Position numbers and translations under genes: made by a program
Assembly: GCA_965261165.1 (NCBI GenBank)
Contig: OZ253445.1
Span: 295,617 to 359,616 of the forward strand
Reading direction: 5' to 3'
From: Gammaproteobacteria bacterium
GTDB taxonomy: Bacteria > Pseudomonadota > Gammaproteobacteria > Eutrophobiales > Eutrophobiaceae
Length of the DNA stretch: 64,000 nt
Notes under the pieces: model-generated
Told to the model about the DNA's origin: nothing
Seen by the model: only the letters and a program-made list of their open reading frames with translations
Databases searched by the model: none
Shown here: positions 60,019 through 64,000 of the stretch, piece by piece
Layout: every line of letters begins with the position of its first letter
How positions within the stretch are numbered: position 1 is the first letter of the stretch

Positions 60019-60175
60019 GAAAGAACGCCTGCTTCCCGATCTCATGATTATGGGCATTCTTGAGATGCTCTCTATACTTTCTGTGACAAAAAACAACACT
60101 CGGGTAATCAATCCGCTATAATGCGCCGTTTTTGCACTGCAATATACGCATTCAACAGTTTAGAATACCGCTACT

Positions 60176-62008
60176 TTGATTCAAAACATAAGAAACATTG
60201 CCATCATCGCTCATGTTGACCATGGCAAAACCACTCTGGTTGACAAACTATTGCAACAGGCGGGTACGCTTGACAGTCGCGCAGCCCCGACCGAGCGTAT
60301 TATGGATTCCAATGATATCGAACGTGAACGTGGGATCACTATCCTGGCAAAGAACACCGCAGTGGATTGGGACGGTTGCCGGATTAATATTATTGATACA
60401 CCAGGACATGCTGACTTCGGCGGCGAAGTTGAACGCGTATTGTCCATGACCGATTCCGTTTTACTCATGGTTGATGCCGTTGATGGCCCCATGCCACAAA
60501 CACGTTTTGTTACACAAAAGGCGTTGGCACGTGGCTTACGTCCGATTGTCGTTATCAACAAGATAGATCGGCCTGGTGCCAGACCCCACTGGGTACTTGA
60601 TAGAACATTTGATTTGTTTGATCAGTTAAATGCTACTGATGAGCAACTGGACTTCCCGGTAATTTATGCCTCTGCACTCAACGGTGTCGCTGGCTATGAA
60701 TCTGATCAAATTAAAGATGATTTGACGCCATTATTTGAGACCATTATTTCAAAAGTCCCCGCACCTGATGTTGATGTAGACGGAGCATTCCAAATGCAGA
60801 TTAGCGCACTGGACTACAATAGTTACGTTGGCATTATCGGTATTGGCCGAATAACCCGAGGATATATTAGGGCAAATACTAATGTTACCGTGATTAATAA
60901 AGATGATGAAACTCGCTCTGGTAGAATCCTGCAAATCTATAAACTGCACGGCGTTGATAGAATTGAGATTGATACTGCTTCAGCTGGAGGCATTGCAGCC
61001 ATCAGCGGATTGGAGCAGCTTGATATATCGGATACCTTGTGTGACCCTGCCCAAGTAGAAGCACTGCCAACACTTTCCATTGATGAGCCTACTGTCAGCA
61101 TGACATTTCAGGTGAATAATTCACCTTTATGTGGGCAAGAAGGGAAATTTGTCACCTCTCGCCAGATCTCTGATCGACTGCATGGAGAACTCAAACATAA
61201 TGTTGCACTTCGTGTTGAAAATACCAGCGACCCGGATAAATTCAAAATATCTGGTCGAGGAGAACTTCACCTTTCGATATTGATTGAAAATATGCGTCGT
61301 GAAGGATTTGAACTGGGGGTCTCTCGACCAGAAGTAATTACCAAGGAAATTGACGGTGTGTTGTCTGAGCCATACGAACAATTGACTGTTGATATGGAAG
61401 AACAATATCAAGGTGCTGTCATGGAAATATTGGGATCTCGTGGCGGCGATCTAAAAAACATGATGCCGGATGGTAAAGGTCGCGTGCGTATTGATTACAT
61501 CATTCCTGCAAGAGGGTTAATCGGACTACGTACAGATTTTCTCACAGCAACCTCAGGGACAGGATTAATCTACAATGTTTTTGACCATTATGGCCCCATT
61601 CATAAATCAACATTAGGCAAAAGAAAAAATGGTGTGTTGATTGCAAATAGTAAAGGCCAATCAGTTGCCTTTGCCATATTTAATCTTCAGGAACGAGGAC
61701 AAATGCTGCTTGATCCAGGTGTTGAAATTTATGAAGGCATGATCATCGGCATACATTCACGTAGCAATGATCTCGTCGTAAATATACTGAAAGGCAAACA
61801 ACTAACTAATGTGCGTGCTTCAGGAAAAGATGATGCTATCGCGTTAACGCCACCCATTATATTTTCATTAGAACAGGCGCTTGAGTTTATTAACGATGAT
61901 GAACTGGTCGAAGTAACTCCTTTGAATATTCGTATTCGCAAGAAAAAATTATTAGAACATGAACGCAAACGTGACAACCGCAGCAAAGATAAAGCTGAGA
62001 CTGCCTAA
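60176..62008 (+). CDS. typA: translational GTPase TypA/BipA
   Basis: [36 protein letters not shown]. 610 aa. TTG start. Confidence 0.93.
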   Translation: MIQNIRNIAIIAHVDHGKTTLVDKLLQQAGTLDSRAAPTERIMDSNDIERERGITILAKNTAVDWDGCRINIIDTPGHADFGGEVERVLSMTDSVLLMVDAVDGPMPQTRFVTQKALARGLRPIVVINKIDRPGARPHWVLDRTFDLFDQLNATDEQLDFPVIYASALNGVAGYESDQIKDDLTPLFETIISKVPAPDVDVDGAFQMQISALDYNSYVGIIGIGRITRGYIRANTNVTVINKDDETRSGRILQIYKLHGVDRIEIDTASAGGIAAISGLEQLDISDTLCDPAQVEALPTLSIDEPTVSMTFQVNNSPLCGQEGKFVTSRQISDRLHGELKHNVALRVENTSDPDKFKISGRGELHLSILIENMRREGFELGVSRPEVITKEIDGVLSEPYEQLTVDMEEQYQGAVMEILGSRGGDLKNMMPDGKGRVRIDYIIPARGLIGLRTDFLTATSGTGLIYNVFDHYGPIHKSTLGKRKNGVLIANSKGQSVAFAIFNLQERGQMLLDPGVEIYEGMIIGIHSRSNDLVVNILKGKQLTNVRASGKDDAIALTPPIIFSLEQALEFINDDELVEVTPLNIRIRKKKLLEHERKRDNRSKDKAETA

Positions 62009-62027
62009 ATTATCCATTGAGATAATA

Positions 62028-62795
62028 CTAATTGAGATAGCGCTGTCGCCGAGCCTCGTATAAACAAACTCCGGCAGCAACAGAGACATTCAAACTTTCA
62101 ACTACACCTACCATGGGTATATTCACCAGCTTATCGCAATGCTTGCGGGTATTTTGTCGGAGTCCCTGATCCTCTGAACCCATTACTAGGGCAATGGACG
62201 AGGTTAAATCTTCTTCATAGATAGTGTTTTCAGCTTCATCAGCCATACCAATCACCCAGATACCTGCGTCTTGCATTTCTCTCAAGGCGCGAGACAGATT
62301 AGTGACATAAATAACAGCTGTGTTTTCCGCTGCACCACACGCGACTTTGCGCACAGTTTCATTCACTCCAACCGCACGATCTTTAGATAAAATAAAAGCG
62401 CGTACGCCCACGGCATCAGCGGTTCGTAGACAAGCGCCAAGATTATGAGGATCCTGCACACCATCAAGTACCAGAAAAAGTGATTTTTTTTCCTTATCCA
62501 TTTCCAATACTGATGCTAAATTGATCCTGTTATCAATAGGTCTTGGCTTACGTCTTATCACAACCCCCTGGTGGTTTACTTTATGATTCGCCTGATGCGT
62601 TAGCTTATCCAGTGTTTTGCTTGCCACAAACTGAACAGAGATTCGCATGCTTTTTGCCAGTTCGAGAATTTCAGATATCCCTTTGGCTGGTCTTTTATTA
62701 TCCAATGCCCACATCTCCAGCACATCGGCTGAAGTATTTTTCAAAGCATGTCGGACTGCATGTATCCCACAGGTAATTTCAGATTGTCTACTCAC
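62028..62795 (-). CDS. rlmB: 23S rRNA (guanosine-2'-O)-methyltransferase RlmB (SpoU/TrmH family)
   Basis: LDGVQDPHNLGACLRTA, VMGSEDQGL, IPMVGVVESLNVSVA. Directly downstream of rnr. Confidence 0.88.
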   Translation of the reverse strand: MSRQSEITCGIHAVRHALKNTSADVLEMWALDNKRPAKGISEILELAKSMRISVQFVASKTLDKLTHQANHKVNHQGVVIRRKPRPIDNRINLASVLEMDKEKKSLFLVLDGVQDPHNLGACLRTADAVGVRAFILSKDRAVGVNETVRKVACGAAENTAVIYVTNLSRALREMQDAGIWVIGMADEAENTIYEEDLTSSIALVMGSEDQGLRQNTRKHCDKLVNIPMVGVVESLNVSVAAGVCLYEARRQRYLN

Positions 62796-62814
62796 AAATT
62801 TATCTCTTTCTTGT

Positions 62815-64000
62815 TTATTCCACTAACTCAAAATCAATCTTCTTATCATCCAGGCTGACTCTCATTACTTCAACTTTAATTCTGTTCCCCAAACGATATT
62901 TTTTTCCTGTACGCTCTCCGGTGAGACGATGCCCAATGGGATCAAAATGATAATAATCTGCAGGTAATGCAGTAATATGAACCAAACCTTCGACATAGAT
63001 ACCATCCAACTCGACAAACATTCCAAATGAGGTCACGCCACTGATAGTCCCTTCATAGACCTCGCCCACTTTGCTATGCATGAATTCACATTTGTACCAT
63101 TGAATCACATCTCTGCTTGCCTCTTCAGCGCGCCTATCTGTTAAAGAACAATTTTCAGCAATACTGTGCATATCTTTGTTCGTATAGCTAAAGCCCGCTG
63201 CGTTTTTATTTCGAATCAAGTGACGAATAGCCCTATGCACCATTAAGTCAGGATAGCGCCTGATGGGGGAAGTAAAATGCGCATATGCTGGAAATGCCAA
63301 TCCGAAATGGCCCATGTTTTTTTCGCTATAAACGGCTAACTGCATACTACGTAACAATACCGTTTCTATTAAGTGCGCATCTTCCCTGTCTTTCACCTTC
63401 TCAATCAAGTTAGCATAATCTTTTGCGGTTGGTATTTCGCCACTACCTATGCTTAACCCTAGCTCGCCAAGAAAACCATACAATGCTTCCAACTTTGATG
63501 CTTTAGGTGTCTCATGCACTCTATATAGCGCAGGAATTTCTTGCCTAAGCAGAAACTCTGCAGAGGCAATATTTGCTGCCAGCATGAATTCTTCGATTAA
63601 TCTATGCGCATCATTTCTTTCGAGCGCATATATTGAAGATACCTCATGATTTTCATTAAATACAAAACAAGGCTCTACTGACCTAAAATCAAGCACCCCT
63701 TTTTCTTTTCTATGCTTATGTAAAAGTTGGTATAACTCATAGAGGTTTTCCAGATGGGGAATTATAGTTTTATAGTTTTCAATTAATTTTTTGTCTTTCT
63801 CTAATAAAATACTGGCAACTTTATTATAAGTCATCCTTTCTGCAGAACGCATAACTCCCTCAAAAAATCGATGACGCTTTACCTTGCCCTGCTTGTTAAT
63901 ATGAAGTTCACAGACCAGACATAATCTATCAATCTTTGGATTGAGAGAACATAGCCCATTGGAAAGAACCTCGGGTAACATAGGTACGACACGTTGAGGA
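62815..64000 (-). CDS. rnr: ribonuclease R, C-terminal part (5' end beyond the window)
   Basis: RNB-domain blocks (HFGLAFPAYAHFTSPIRRYPDLMVHR). C-terminal S1 domain (GEVYEGTISGVTSFGMFVEL). The frame continues to the window edge. Confidence 0.9.
   Translation of the reverse strand, partial: PQRVVPMLPEVLSNGLCSLNPKIDRLCLVCELHINKQGKVKRHRFFEGVMRSAERMTYNKVASILLEKDKKLIENYKTIIPHLENLYELYQLLHKHRKEKGVLDFRSVEPCFVFNENHEVSSIYALERNDAHRLIEEFMLAANIASAEFLLRQEIPALYRVHETPKASKLEALYGFLGELGLSIGSGEIPTAKDYANLIEKVKDREDAHLIETVLLRSMQLAVYSEKNMGHFGLAFPAYAHFTSPIRRYPDLMVHRAIRHLIRNKNAAGFSYTNKDMHSIAENCSLTDRRAEEASRDVIQWYKCEFMHSKVGEVYEGTISGVTSFGMFVELDGIYVEGLVHITALPADYYHFDPIGHRLTGERTGKKYRLGNRIKVEVMRVSLDDKKIDFELVE

Noticed and set aside
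62009-62027. Bidirectional terminator between typA and rlmB (attatc-cattga-gataat).
   Set aside because: It is only a 6-bp all-AT stem with no flanking U-run, which is too weak to call.

Overview
AT-rich proteobacterial chromosome segment. No searches were run: all calls rest on motifs read from the ORF track, gene order and manual reading of the DNA.

Gene content, left to right:
- Hopanoid operon shc(partial)-hpnG-hpnN-hpnA.
- A convergent stand-alone Mrp-like module: MrpC-like, three MrpD/NuoLMN-like subunits and a small 2-TM protein.
- PCu(A)C copper chaperone and psd.
- A complete nuoA-N operon plus a translationally coupled DUF2818-like gene.
- An orphan small ORF, tRNA-Leu(GAG), secG and tpiA.
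- A very large type I-C CRISPR-Cas locus, cas3-cas5c-cas8c-cas7c-cas4-cas1-cas2. I counted 94 repeats and 93 spacers, transcribed on the minus strand.
- Transposase relics flanking a visibly more GC-rich qor plus glcDEF block.
- Alanine/glycine:cation symporter and nadC.
- A decayed mtdA-like pseudogene.
- A Sel1-SPOR protein, two tandem paralogous unknown proteins and a TonB-dependent receptor.
- typA, rlmB and rnr (partial).

Most interesting observations:
1. The reduced MrpC plus 3x MrpD module, which has intact channel residues and a NuoL-like C-terminal lateral-helix extension.
2. Micro-evolution recorded in the CRISPR array: three allelic versions of one spacer, duplicated units, and a 48-nt chimeric spacer.
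3. The mtdA relic.
4. The overlapping pair of paralogous genes of unknown function.

None of these is proven to be a new system.
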